This document shows positions 13,093-24,220 of a DNA stretch of 64,000 nt, in pieces. The notes below the pieces were generated by a model, which saw only the letters and a program-made list of their open reading frames with translations, was not told where the DNA came from and made no database searches. The stretch is from Takakia lepidozioides. Lineage: Eukaryota; Plantae; Bryophyta. Within the stretch, counting starts at the first letter, position 1, and the number at the start of each line of letters is the position of its first letter. The stretch lies in assembly GCA_030704615.1 (NCBI GenBank), contig CM060732.1, forward strand, positions 14,446,001 to 14,510,000, written 5' to 3'. A program made the position numbers and the translations under genes.

Positions 13093-13462
13093 ATCAATGG
13101 CCTGTTGGTTGCTGCACTCTCGAGTTTTTGTGAGTGTAGTCAATGTTCATTCAGTGGAAGGATTTTTGTACATCACACCCCCTCCCTGATATGAAATTCG
13201 ATACTCCACTCTGTTCTCTGAGCTCGCATAATCGGATATGCGAGTGGGCATAGGTGTCATTGTGTTAATCTTGCTAGTTTGCTCAAAGTCCCAAGGTTCC
13301 AACCCCAGTTCCCATTCTTGTTATGGTTCGGAGATATGTGGAGCTGACTATGATCAACGTCGCAGCAAAAATATGATATAATACAAATGCATATGCTGCT
13401 CCGCAGGGAGTTACAACTGTTATGGAGTCAATGTAGAGAATAGGGCGAGAGTTTATATGTAG

Positions 13463-13563
13463 CTTGAAATGGTGGAGTGTGTATACAACAGCAGTAGTTT
13501 GAAATGGTGGGGTGTCTATACAAGAGCAGTAGTTTGAAATGGTGGAGTGTGTATACAACAGCA
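13463..13563. repeat. Minisatellite, about 3 copies of ...TTGAAATGGTGG(A/G)GTGT(G/C)TATACAA(C/G)AGCA...
   Basis: Direct repeats with period about 35 bp. Confidence 0.7.
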
Positions 13564-14398
13564 TGTAAAGCTCAACTTTCTTAGCCTGGAATATTCTCCC
13601 TCCTCTACAGGCTTAGTTCTTCAAGGGGATGTTGTAGAGCGCCCAAACCGGATGCATTCAAGGGACTTGGCATGGTTGGAGTTGTCAACTCGCACGGCTG
13701 ATACGTACTCCAAAGCTAGCTTGGCCAAACGTGGGGAAGGGAATCTGGCTCTAGAACATGCCAAAACAGCATCCATTCACAGTGCAGAATGTAGCATCAC
13801 CACTTTTACATCCACCGACCATCACAGCCATGTACACCATTAAGCACACCCCACTGGGGAGAGCCCACGCCCCCCTTCCATTATATATCCAAATCAAGCT
13901 AATTTCAACGTCCAGGGTGGCCAGCCTTTACAGGCTCCACCCATTGCAACAACCCCCCCTCACACATCAGCGCCAGCTGGGTGGGTGATGAGGTTACACC
14001 ACAAGTCCATTTACTAAAATAAGATGGCTAATTAACATGCCCCATCCATGCGGGCACTTTATTTTTAAACACCGTGACAGAAGGAATCCATTTCAAGGTT
14101 GAATGCCGAAAAATTAAAAAAAATCTCGGGCTTCACATATGTAAAGCTCGCTCACACCACCAGTAGCGAGCTCCAAGCGTGAAAAGAATCATCCCTGAAG
14201 CTAAATCAAAACCAAACCAATGCCAAGGTGGGTGAAGGATAAAACCTTTGTATTGCATCTGACATGAGCGGGATGAAAAAAACCTCCGAGGGGAAAACCT
14301 TACTTGCAAGGTGGGTGAAGGACAAAACCCTCACCAGGAAAACCCCAATAATATTACAATGGTGATGCCTAGGCTACCTTGAGATGCTAGCCAATAGC

Positions 14399-14641
14399 TT
14401 CCATCCAGTGTTTTTCTTTTTGGCGAAAAATCACCAGATTTCGACATGGAAACTCGGTCAGCTACTTGTATAAAGGAATTATGGGGTGTAAAATTCGAGA
14501 TTTTTGCCAAAAAGCACCGGGAGATAAATTTCAGGAGCCTAATCTAGTCGACGTGGACCAATGAAAACGTGACACCTGGAATATAGCCACTTTTCTAACT
14601 TTGTCGCTTGGATATTCTCGCCACATGGGCACTGGGTGGAA
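14399..14641. mobile_element. MITE-like element (CAGTG...CACTG, hAT-like ends)
   Basis: TTCCATCCAGTG at the left and CACTGGGTGGAA at the right form a 12-bp inverted repeat with one mismatch; no clear TSD. Confidence 0.45.
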
Positions 14642-14754
14642 TTCACAGGTGGCCCCGCCAGCGATTTTGGAAATATGAAAAAAAAAACATTGCTTCCATC
14701 CTCCCAACTACCAAATACAAGCTAACTTCGTACACACCACTATAAATGCGAGCC

Positions 14755-17200
14755 TGAATATATAAAGGTATTTCTTTGCAGTTGAGGTCCCCTCTCCCAT
14801 GTGCTTCTAAATGACACCATCTCTGAAACCACGTCCTTCCCAAAACCGGAAATGTGGCAACTGTAAATACATCATTTTGGAAATGCGGCACCACATTTCC
14901 ATAACCGGGATAGGAACAATTTTCCATTTCCTGTTTTGGACATCAGAAATCGTTGGGCCAAACGGAAATGCGGTGTTGCATTTCCATTTTGGACATGGAA
15001 GTTTGCTCATTTCCAGCCCCTTGGACGGAAATGCGGCGCCACATTCGTACGTCGAACACGTTATTTCCATCTCGCACGTGCCCACTCCCCTCGGTACACT
15101 GCACGTGCGGAATGTCTTCCTCACCAAGCGATTCTTTGGTGGCGGCTCTTCGTTGTTGTTTTTCAGCTGCTCTACTCATATCCTCTTTGCTGTCTATGCG
15201 TCGTGTTTTCCTTTTGTTCGTTGCAATCCGTGTTCTCTTCCTTGTTTTCTTTGGCTTGTGTTCCTTGCTTTTTGTTTTGTGTATTTCGGCGTTGTGTGCT
15301 CGTTGCCGATGGCAAAGACTAGGCCTAAGGTTATTCCCCCAGAGGATGGTATGCTGGATTTTTGGCACAAGCCTAAGAAAGTGCAAGTTTTGTGGGCGGC
15401 CCATGAAGGATAAGCTTAGGTTGAATAGGCATGTCATTGATGGGGAGGGTTGTCCTTGGTTGAACATGGTGGATGGTTGGGACGAGGTTGAGTTGCCACT
15501 AAAACCCTGGCCCGCTGCCAAGTTCCCGAAGCAGGTTACTCATTTTGTGGAGAGGTTGAGAGGGTGTACAAACCCCGAAGCGCGGCGCGTACCAGGAGAC
15601 GACGTGTCCCCTATTGATCGGCAGCAGCAGCTCGAGAAAACGGAAGCCTGATGCGCGTGCAGCTTCACAAGTGGCTGCCCCTGCGAAGAGGACTAGCCGT
15701 AGTGGGTCCGACACCGATTTCGACAGGGAAGAAATGGACATGTGGGGGAGCAGACTACCCATGAGGACGAGGGGGAGCAGCCTGCCAGCCCGGGGCCTCC
15801 TGCAGGGATGGGGCCATGGATGTGGACCACGACACACCGCACCCGACTCCTCCTGGAACATTTATACTCCTGCAACATGGACTTCTCCCTTCCAATTTGC
15901 TGACCAGAATGATGAAAGATTCTGGGTCGATGCATTTCTGAATTTCGCATGGAGTGGAGGGTTTGCAATGTGAGTGGAGGGCTAAACGCCACTGGAGAAG
16001 ATGGCTTCTACAGAACAGGTTTGCTTCACCCCCCATTCTCCTTTTCAGTTTATGGCCACCTCATGTCCCGAGCCTTGCTTTGTTCCCCCCTCTTCTACTC
16101 CCCCTTCATCTCTAGATCCCCAGTTTGATATTGTTCAACTATTGCTGGAGGAGCAGGACGTTCGACGTCTACTTCCTGAATTCCCTCTCCTGAAAACTAC
16201 CGAGGGATCTGATGCCATTGTCTCCTGGCTGAAACGTCAATGTCCAGCCCGACTGCTTCCAGTCCCTCTTCCCCTCCAAGTTTTTTCTACCATGGACCCT
16301 CGACCCCCTGTTTTGCACTTGTATCATTTGGCCAATTTAAGGCACAGCATTTGCCCCAGTCATATCATGATGGATTTTGCACCACAAACTACTCACAAAT
16401 TGCCCTATCATGGATTTGGACTCTTCTTGCATGGAGGTTGGCGAACGTTTGGAAATTTTCGGGATAAGGAAAGTATGTTGAAAGAAGTGCTTCTGGCAGA
16501 GGGATAGCTTAGATATGATACAATGCAGGACAAAATGCAGATCGTCGACTCCTGCCGAGCATTTCTTCGCATGGTGCGTGCCCGAGCGTTTCATGAATTT
16601 GCGGCAACGGAAACGGCCCACTTTCAACTTTTGTGGTGCAAGGGCAACGATGCCAAAGGCCTATGATGTGCAGCCAGGGCCTGGGAGGATCTATTGTTTA
16701 GGCGGGAGCACATTGATTTGGGATGCTACATGCATCTTTTAAGTAAGTGCATGCTTTGCTTCTCCAAGAGTCTGTCATTGTAAAGATTAGAATTGGAATA
16801 GATGAATGGGGGATCACATAATCACGGGATCACGGGGATCAAAGCTAAGACAAAAGCGGTTGTCTCTATGAAGGTAAGGCTGAGGCAGCTGATGTTGGAG
16901 TTCAAAATGCATGGAGGAGGTCTTGCGAGCAAACAAAGTGTTGTTGGTGAGAAGACATGAACTACATGAGCGACGAGTATTACCATATGCCCCTCACCTT
17001 TCCCACATTGATGTTGACGCCTTCAATTTATCACAGTTGTCTCACTTTGCATCGCAGATGACGTCGCCAACACCCTCACAGGTTGAAGACCATCAAGCGC
17101 CGGATACAGAGACGGGTCAAGTGGAATTGCCGACGGCAGGTTTCTACACACCCATTGCGGATGTTGATGTCAATCCCATCCCCTGTCATACTGTTCTGCC
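14755..17200 (+). mobile_element. Fragment of an element related to the palindrome-bearing MULE: TATA plus palindrome module, then a decayed gene with a C2H2/C2HC-like Zn finger
   Basis: 14755-15050 aligns with the reverse complement of about 33990-34265 (TATATAAAGG, CTCTCCCATGTGCTTCT, GGAAATGCGGCACC.CATTTCC, GAACAATTTTCC, TTGGACATCAGAAA). Downstream ORF pieces contain CKFCGRPMKDKLRLNRHVIDGEGC and are broken by stops. Confidence 0.6.
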
Positions 17201-17214
17201 TCTCAGTCTTCTTT

Positions 17215-17510
17215 TAGACTCCCCAGGGAATACTCTGTTGCCCTCTCTGTCTCTGTTGCCCCCACCTCTGCTCCACTTCCTATCTCTGATCCCTCCCAAG
17301 GAGCTACCCTCCTCTCTGCTACCCTCTCTGTCTTTGTTGCCCCATCATGTGATGTCCCCGCCGCTGCTCCCCTTCCAATCTCTGATCCCCCTTCAGGTGC
17401 TACCCTCCTCTCCGCCCCCCCCCCCCCCTTTGTGTCTGCTGCCCTCTCTGTTTTTGCTGCCCAACCATGTGATCCCCCCGCCTCTGGTCCTCTTCCATTA
17501 TCTGCTCCCC
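17215..17510. repeat. Pyrimidine-rich tandem repeat (about 100-bp degenerate units)
   Basis: Recurring CCCTCTCTGTCTCTGTTGCCCC, TCTCTGATCCC and GCTACCCTCCTCTC. Confidence 0.6.
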
Positions 17511-18155
17511 TAGAAGTGGCTACCCTCGTCTCACCCAATGCTCACCCTCGTCTCACCATCGGTCTCATTTCCCTCCTCGCATGACTTTTTTTTTTGTGCT
17601 CCCCCCTCGTGTGGTGCTTTAGTGTGTGTCACTGCCCCCCCGCTTTTTGATCTCCCTTTAGCCGAGCCATCCCCCACCTCTACTCCCCGATTTTTTGTCT
17701 GCTCCCCCTGATCTGTGTTCTGTGGTGCATGCATCTGTGTAGTGGCACGGCGGCACCCCGGCGCTGCTTGTGACGCCGCCGCGTGGCAACCCAGCGCCGG
17801 GATCATCCTGCGACACCGGGACGTGGCTAGGTGGCCTCAAGGGCAAGAGGTAGCCCTTTCTTGCCACGCCTGGCTGTCGCAAAGGGGGGCGGCCCCGCTT
17901 GCCACGCTCGGGCGTGGCAAGGTGGCTTGAAGGGGAAAAGGCCTCTGCGACGGCCGGGCGTGGCAAGGGGGTATTGCGACGGGTTTTTTTGGCTTGCCAT
18001 GGCGGGGGTGGCAAGGGGGGGCAGTCTTTTTCTTTGAGTTAAGGGGCAGGGAGAGGGGGTGGGGACGGGGGATGGGACTCTAGGGGGGGGGGCCAGTTTT
18101 TCTTTCTTTGCCCCCCCTCTCTCTCTCTCCCTCTCTCTCTTGGTTGTTTTTGTTT

Positions 18156-18159
<4 letters not shown>

Positions 18160-18193
<34 letters not shown>
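18160..18193. repeat. (GA)n microsatellite, target of the Penelope-like element
   Basis: Pure GA run abutting the element's 3' end. Confidence 0.9.
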
Positions 18194-18196
<3 letters not shown>

Positions 18197-20033
18197 AGAT
18201 AAAATGTCTTGTCGAGACATGGACAAGACCAAACAAGGTCTTTGTCAATTTGTATGACAAATCAGCCTCATAACGAGGCACTATCAATCATTCTTCATTC
18301 ATAAACCAGTCTGATGACATATAACAGATCTCACAGTTCATGAAATCTTTGGGAGGGGGGTGGGATCATATAATTACCACCCATGTTCCCATTAATAAAC
18401 TGGAGAAGAAGTTCCAGTTTTCATATAGCCATAATGGTCAGATTAGAGCAGTAAACAGCTTCTAAACTATTTACACATGAAGGGAAAGTCCACACATCTT
18501 GTTTTTTGTCCCAAGACCTAGTTTCAATCTGGGGCCAGTGTATAAATGGATTCAAAAGGTTTTGAGCAGTAAGTGATTACTGATAGTCACAGACTATAAA
18601 GAAATCCAAAAAAACATGTCATGGTATATGCCTTAGTAGTAAAGCCAGTCTATCCAGAGCCCGTTTTAGGTCTTGGTGCAATCTGTATCTACTCCAGCAA
18701 GGTACTTGCAAGGTCACAAACAAGTAGAGAAGGACATGAACCCATATGGTCTGCATCAGGCAGCATACATGGCCTAAAAACAAAGGATTGTGGTTCCTTA
18801 TGTCATCTTACTTAGCTGCTCAAGCCACAGCATCATACCAGTCCCATAGACCGAAATAAAAAGCTCATGTTGTGCTGTAAGACAGCAAATCCAGCATCAT
18901 CACGTAGTGTAGCAGAAATCAAAGGCAAGAGCCTTTAATAGAAAGTATGTGTTCTAATAAAGCTCATCTAATGTATTAATGCTCAACAGGAAGAGTTGGA
19001 AGCATAGCCAGAAAGATCAAGAAATGGGGGCAGATTCGAATCAGCTCCCTGAAGAAACAGCTTGAGTCGACTTCACTTCATCTTGCTAGTTTTCAATCAA
19101 TTGCAAGCTTCATGAATCATATTAAGTGAGGGCCCTCACCTGGTCCCATCACATGCAGTCAAAAAACAATGAAGTTAGTGAAGATGTGGAACCCCAGGTG
19201 AATATCAGGCCTCACGCTTGTTATCGCTGTATAACATGCGTTCAGAAAGCAAGAAGAGATCAAAAGCAAAGCAAAGATATTCCACAACCTTAAGTGTTTG
19301 TGGAAGAGGATTCGACATAGCTCCAAGAACTCGATAATCGACAGCCCAAACAAACAATGGTTTGCTGAAATCTACGAGCATTTTATCAGGTGAAGGGACT
19401 TCCTGATGGTTTAAGAGCGGCGCTGGATCTTAATGACCATTGAACGGAATGGCAAGCAGTCACAGCTTAAAGTAAGTTGCCCGCCAAGGGAAGAGACAAC
19501 CTCATTGAGGGAATTGAAGCTCAGCCGCCTTTGTATACCCCAAGGGGATTTGAAAAGTACTGGAATCTTGCCAGAGCACTTGCAGGCTGTCATAAAGCTT
19601 CTCCATAGCCATCAGATTCACAAGATTTGTGCTTAAATGATCCCTCTGACACCATCTCTCAACTCCATCAGAATCAAAACGCACGAGTATCGTGCAGAGT
19701 TTAAGGGCGGAGGAAGAGATAGGGCAAACCTTCGCGATTTTATCCAGAATAGATGAAAAACAGATAATGTAAAGTATTTCCCTAATTCCATCATGATGTC
19801 ATCCAGTAGTGATGGCATCCAAAAGTAGAGTCTGGCTTTCATTAGGGTTTAGTTTTCATGACCAAACTCATCCAAAGAACCCAGTAATCAGAGAAATTGC
19901 TATAATGGAATTCCTCCATTTTCGTGATTACATCCATTGTGGATTAAAAAAGGTTTAGACAAAATTAGTCCAAGCCGGCCTGGGTTTTGGAAAAAGTACA
20001 AGCAAATTCCTTGTACAGAGGGAGAGGGAGAGA
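18191..20033 (-). repeat. Pseudo-LTR copy 1 (3' end of the element)
   Basis: Matches 24221-26069 apart from scattered SNPs and small indels; the same ORF-track peptides appear in both copies. Confidence 0.9.
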
Positions 20034-20240
20034 GGGAGAGAGAGGGATCCCACCAGCCTGCCCCTGGTATGGCATTCCCTTATGGGATGAGTGTGGTATG
20101 CACTCACCCCGTAAGGGAGTGCATACCAGACCCAATCTCATAAAAGCTCTCCCTCTTCTTTGTAGTTTGTATCACTGGTTAGAAAACCAAAGAGATAAAA
20201 AAACTACAATCCCATCTCCCTAGGTCAAGAAAAAAGCATG

Positions 20241-22931
20241 CTACAAATGAAGAAGGTAAATAATCATATATTTATGAGTGTAGAACATACCTTTCAACTT
20301 TTCAATGAGCTCTTGTAACGGGAAAAACATGCCAGGGAAGGAACCCTGCTCAAGGAAGCGTATCAATATACGTGTAAGTTTTCTGGTTTTGAAGCCATTC
20401 TTCCCAAGGGTATGTATGAGTAAGCAACATTCTTTCCAAGCCAGATTAACACTGCTGGAAATATACAGAATTGGAAAAGCTTGTGAAATCACTATGTTGT
20501 AGGATTGATTCACGGGTCTATTAGAGAGGAATTGGATGTACTGGGTGTAAGAGAAAGGTAAGAGTCTTCTCTTATCATACTTCTGAAATTGGAATTCCCC
20601 GGATTCAGGGTTTAATACAGAAATCTGGACATTCATGAAGCATGCTTCCAGACCTTCATACGGGGATCCATTCTTAGTTCTTAGTAACTCAGGTTTGATT
20701 TCCACCACATTAAGTGGGTAGATCCACCAGGGATTACTGTTGCACATGTCTGCATCAGGATTGAGAAATAGCATTGCATTTCCAATGTTAAGCCAACATA
20801 TGTCATTGATATAACGGAAAGCATGTTGAAACTTTGGCATCAATTGAAATTGACCAAGAGCAGCCAGTCTTAAGATGAACTTAAGTTCGTATGAAAGGAA
20901 ATAAGTGTTACACCATAAAGGTGAACACGAGAAACCCATGGGGATACCTGAAATTTGACGCCAAACACGGTCACCCAATGCTACGAAACAATGACACATC
21001 AGCCATTTGTGGAGCTGAAGCAACCTGGCTTCATGAAGCTCGATCCAGGTACCTGATTTGGGGGAAGAAGTACTCCACTTGCATTTCCCGAAGGTCCCAT
21101 TCTTTGTTTGGACCCAAAGGGCATGGCGTGACCGGGGGTGATCCATATGGTGTTGCTGGAAAGCCAGCTTAATCACATGCTCAATGGCATCACCCAAGTT
21201 ATCTTCACCTATCAGGGGAATATTTTCATAGCATTGTGTGATGTCAACTACAAAAACATCATAGATTTTTGTAGGAAGATTTAAAGTGAAATCTGTAATG
21301 CTGTCTATAATCCAGTATATGGCAGTAGACACTTTGAAGAATTGTTTATAAGTATTTAAGCGTGCTCTGGCCCATTCCTTGATTAAAGGCAGCAAGAACA
21401 TGGTGGCACATGTAAGGAGGCTGGCAATTTCACTGAACACGCAATTGTGGGCATTGGTAATCCATCTATATTTTTTTTTGTGTAGTTTGTATATTCCCAT
21501 CATGTAAGGAAGACTACAAAAAGTAACAGGGATTTCAAGTATCATATCCTGCACTTCACCAAAGAGGCTTTCCAAAATAGAGTCCTGTGATGACCATACC
21601 TCATCTTGAAGACATGGTCTAAAATCCTTACCCATTAAGCTGTGATAGGCTTGGGTTCTGATGTGCTTCACACATAGAAAACAAACATTGTTGTTAGCGT
21701 TATCAAGACCAGACATATACACGTGTTTAAGAAGCCAGTCTAGTTCATCACGAGCATCTTTCATGACAAGCGGGTTTCCCTCATGATGAGAGTAGTTGAA
21801 CCTTGTCATACTGGCTTTTTTCTTCAATCTGTCCCAGCAAGTATTTTTTAGCCATAGACAACACTCTTCTGCCCATGGCAATGCAGAATCAACATGCAAA
21901 ATATCACATACTTTAAAAAAAGCAAGTACCACTTCTGCAACAACATCTTTGAGCAGTGTACTTTTTTGCGGTATATGGTTCATGCCAAGGCTGAAAAGTT
22001 CTCTCAGCTTGGGGTGTCTTATGATGTTCAGATCCATAGTATGCACATGTTCTATGGGGGCTGAATTACGTAATTGAAATTCAGCTAGCGTACCCGTATC
22101 ACAGAAGGCTTTGAACCTCTTGGCTGTATTGCAGAGGCAAGGAGGTGACTCAATCAGATCTGTTATGAAGTTGAAGTCACGGAAAACAAAAGCAGGCATG
22201 TAGTAATCAATACTACTCTGCTTATGATATGTCCATCCAAACATTATTTCCTCAATCATCAGAGCCATATCAGCTTGTCCAAAAAACAGGAATGCGTCTT
22301 TTATCAAACCCTTAGGATTTATCCACTCCATACTCCGGTTTGGGTACAGCATGTGTACAAAACCTATAGGGGCAGGTTTTGACACATGGGTAATGAAGTT
22401 CCTGCCATGGGCATGTGCCTCAATCCTTCTGATTCCAACATTTATCTCATCTGCACAAACAGGGTAAAATAACATACCATGAGAGAGTTCTTCACAGGTC
22501 CATCCAAGAATTGAGGTCTCTCTTGTGGATTGGGGACATCTCCCCATTGCTTTGTCTAGTCCGAAAAGACTCTTGGCTGGCGATATTGACAGTGGTGCTT
22601 GAATTGGAGCCAGAACCACCGTATGAAGTTCTGGTGAAGGCCTTTGAGTTTTCACAGTTGTGGGAGGAGCTCTGCCCACGGCCAGAACGACCACCTCTTT
22701 GGTAGAGGCCTCTGCCACGTACAGGGGTGCCTCTTCCCCGATTGTTACCAGCCCTGCCTTGCTGCATAGGAGCCGGTCCATCCATGCGTTGTCTTTTGTA
22801 ACCACTGAAGTGTGGTTTAGGGAGGCTATCTGAAAAGGTTCCAGGTTTGAGTAACCTTTCAATGTATCTGGCACCTTTGGCTTCACCCATTTTGGCAAGG
22901 ACCTTAGCATCAGGATCTGCAACAAACTCAC
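20241..22931 (-). CDS. Penelope-like reverse transcriptase (no RNase H, no recognisable endonuclease); YxDD mutated to YIND
   Basis: Motif A VVDITQCYENIP, motif B RQISGIPMGFSCSPLWCN, motif C FRYINDI, thumb YDKRR, upstream PPCLCN. True start uncertain. Confidence 0.85.
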   Translation of the reverse strand: MSLLQILMLRSLPKWVKPKVPDTLKGYSNLEPFQIASLNHTSVVTKDNAWMDRLLCSKAGLVTIGEEAPLYVAEASTKEVVVLAVGRAPPTTVKTQRPSPELHTVVLAPIQAPLSISPAKSLFGLDKAMGRCPQSTRETSILGWTCEELSHGMLFYPVCADEINVGIRRIEAHAHGRNFITHVSKPAPIGFVHMLYPNRSMEWINPKGLIKDAFLFFGQADMALMIEEIMFGWTYHKQSSIDYYMPAFVFRDFNFITDLIESPPCLCNTAKRFKAFCDTGTLAEFQLRNSAPIEHVHTMDLNIIRHPKLRELFSLGMNHIPQKSTLLKDVVAEVVLAFFKVCDILHVDSALPWAEECCLWLKNTCWDRLKKKASMTRFNYSHHEGNPLVMKDARDELDWLLKHVYMSGLDNANNNVCFLCVKHIRTQAYHSLMGKDFRPCLQDEVWSSQDSILESLFGEVQDMILEIPVTFCSLPYMMGIYKLHKKKYRWITNAHNCVFSEIASLLTCATMFLLPLIKEWARARLNTYKQFFKVSTAIYWIIDSITDFTLNLPTKIYDVFVVDITQCYENIPLIGEDNLGDAIEHVIKLAFQQHHMDHPRSRHALWVQTKNGTFGKCKWSTSSPKSGTWIELHEARLLQLHKWLMCHCFVALGDRVWRQISGIPMGFSCSPLWCNTYFLSYELKFILRLAALGQFQLMPKFQHAFRYINDICWLNIGNAMLFLNPDADMCNSNPWWIYPLNVVEIKPELLRTKNGSPYEGLEACFMNVQISVLNPESGEFQFQKYDKRRLLPFSYTQYIQFLSNRPVNQSYNIVISQAFPILYISSSVNLAWKECCLLIHTLGKNGFKTRKLTRILIRFLEQGSFPGMFFPLQELIEKLKGMFYTHKYMIIYLLHL

Positions 22932-24072
22932 AAGCAGCCTCCATGATAATCTCTCGAGTCATCTGAAAGGTTACTTGTGCCAGAATAGCAGACCTAGCTG
23001 TTTTCATCATCCACACCAAGAAATTATAATACTTGGTTTGAATAGAAGGAAATGCATCGTCAGGGAAGAACACCGTAAGGTTGTTTAGCATGTACCAAAC
23101 AATGTGATCGAACCATGCTACACTTCCGATGCATGCTGATGGCGCACCACCTTGTCCACAATTGCATCTGATGTATGGCCTATGCCAGTTAAACAACTGA
23201 CTTTTGTGGTTCTTAGATCTTGCTGAACCAGTCGGGAGGTCATTTTTTGTCCTCAAAGTCATGTTGTCCCCCTTATCACACATTTTGTAGTAGAAGGTCC
23301 TCAAAGGCCATGAGACCGCAAGTGGTTCTTTTTTGAACCTCTGGAAGCCTTCTTTTGCGTCTGCTACACACCTATTGCATTCTGCAGGTGTGAGGTTGGC
23401 CCATTTTACCCACATATCAATTGATATGGGAGCCATCAAATTGATGTTCGCATGCGGGTGCCACATCATGTGGTCGTTATTTGCAACCTCAAGCTCCACA
23501 GCCCTTGGAGGCAACCAAGGGACGAATTGTAGGTTACCAGGTGTTGCTCCAGCAGCCCTTTCTTGTTCCACTTGAGAGAGCTCAACCTGCTCACAGAAAT
23601 CCCTAACTACATCCTTTTCTCCTTCAAGCAGAATCATATGCCCTAGAATAGGATGGTTAGTCACTGATGGAATAAAATCTTTTTCCATGGCATTGGAAGA
23701 TTTCTGTGTGGAAGCAGGCTGTTCATCATCCAGGTTTGCCATCCTAAGTGCTTCTTCAATTACAGCACATTTTTTCTCCCAGTAAGACAGTTCACTAGCA
23801 TCCTGTTCCAATATCTTAGCCAATTTGGCATTGTACTCCTTGAGTTTTTCAAGGTACATGCCACCTCTGTTTGCACAAATTCCAAGAGCTACCCAATCCT
23901 CCAGGGCTAATGTTTCAAGCAATAAAACAGGGTTGTCATCACCTGAACTGTTCATAGCTGTAGAATCCATTGTTTGCACAGTGGAATGGAAATCACTTGG
24001 AGTGATTTGTAGTAAGGTAGCTTGTACTGCAGGAATCGGAGGAGGTAAAGGGGGCTGGTACCCCATTGTCAT
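22492..24072 (-). CDS. ORF1 of the Penelope-like element (coiled coil, RG/RGG-rich C-terminus; putative nucleic-acid chaperone)
   Basis: 526-aa open frame upstream of and overlapping the RT ORF; heptad region LEKLKEYNAKLAKILEQ and tail GRAGNNRGRGTPVRGRGLYQRGGRSGRG. Confidence 0.7.
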   Translation of the reverse strand: MTMGYQPPLPPPIPAVQATLLQITPSDFHSTVQTMDSTAMNSSGDDNPVLLLETLALEDWVALGICANRGGMYLEKLKEYNAKLAKILEQDASELSYWEKKCAVIEEALRMANLDDEQPASTQKSSNAMEKDFIPSVTNHPILGHMILLEGEKDVVRDFCEQVELSQVEQERAAGATPGNLQFVPWLPPRAVELEVANNDHMMWHPHANINLMAPISIDMWVKWANLTPAECNRCVADAKEGFQRFKKEPLAVSWPLRTFYYKMCDKGDNMTLRTKNDLPTGSARSKNHKSQLFNWHRPYIRCNCGQGGAPSACIGSVAWFDHIVWYMLNNLTVFFPDDAFPSIQTKYYNFLVWMMKTARSAILAQVTFQMTREIIMEAACEFVADPDAKVLAKMGEAKGARYIERLLKPGTFSDSLPKPHFSGYKRQRMDGPAPMQQGRAGNNRGRGTPVRGRGLYQRGGRSGRGQSSSHNCENSKAFTRTSYGGSGSNSSTTVNIASQESFRTRQSNGEMSPIHKRDLNSWMDL

Positions 24073-24220
24073 GAGGTCCTCGCTCCATTCAGGGATGTGT
24101 TTGGTTACCTTCTGTTATGGCCAGAAAAAAGGTTAGTATGTCATAAGCAGATCTGGTAACAGAATGGAGATTGACTGATAATGTGTACAGACACCACTCA
24201 GTACACTGGTCTAAGGGAGA

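Noticed and set aside
18305-18352. Hammerhead ribozyme (CTGATGA...GAAA) in the pseudo-LTR
   Set aside because: Stem II does not close, no stem III is evident and it is antisense to the RT.
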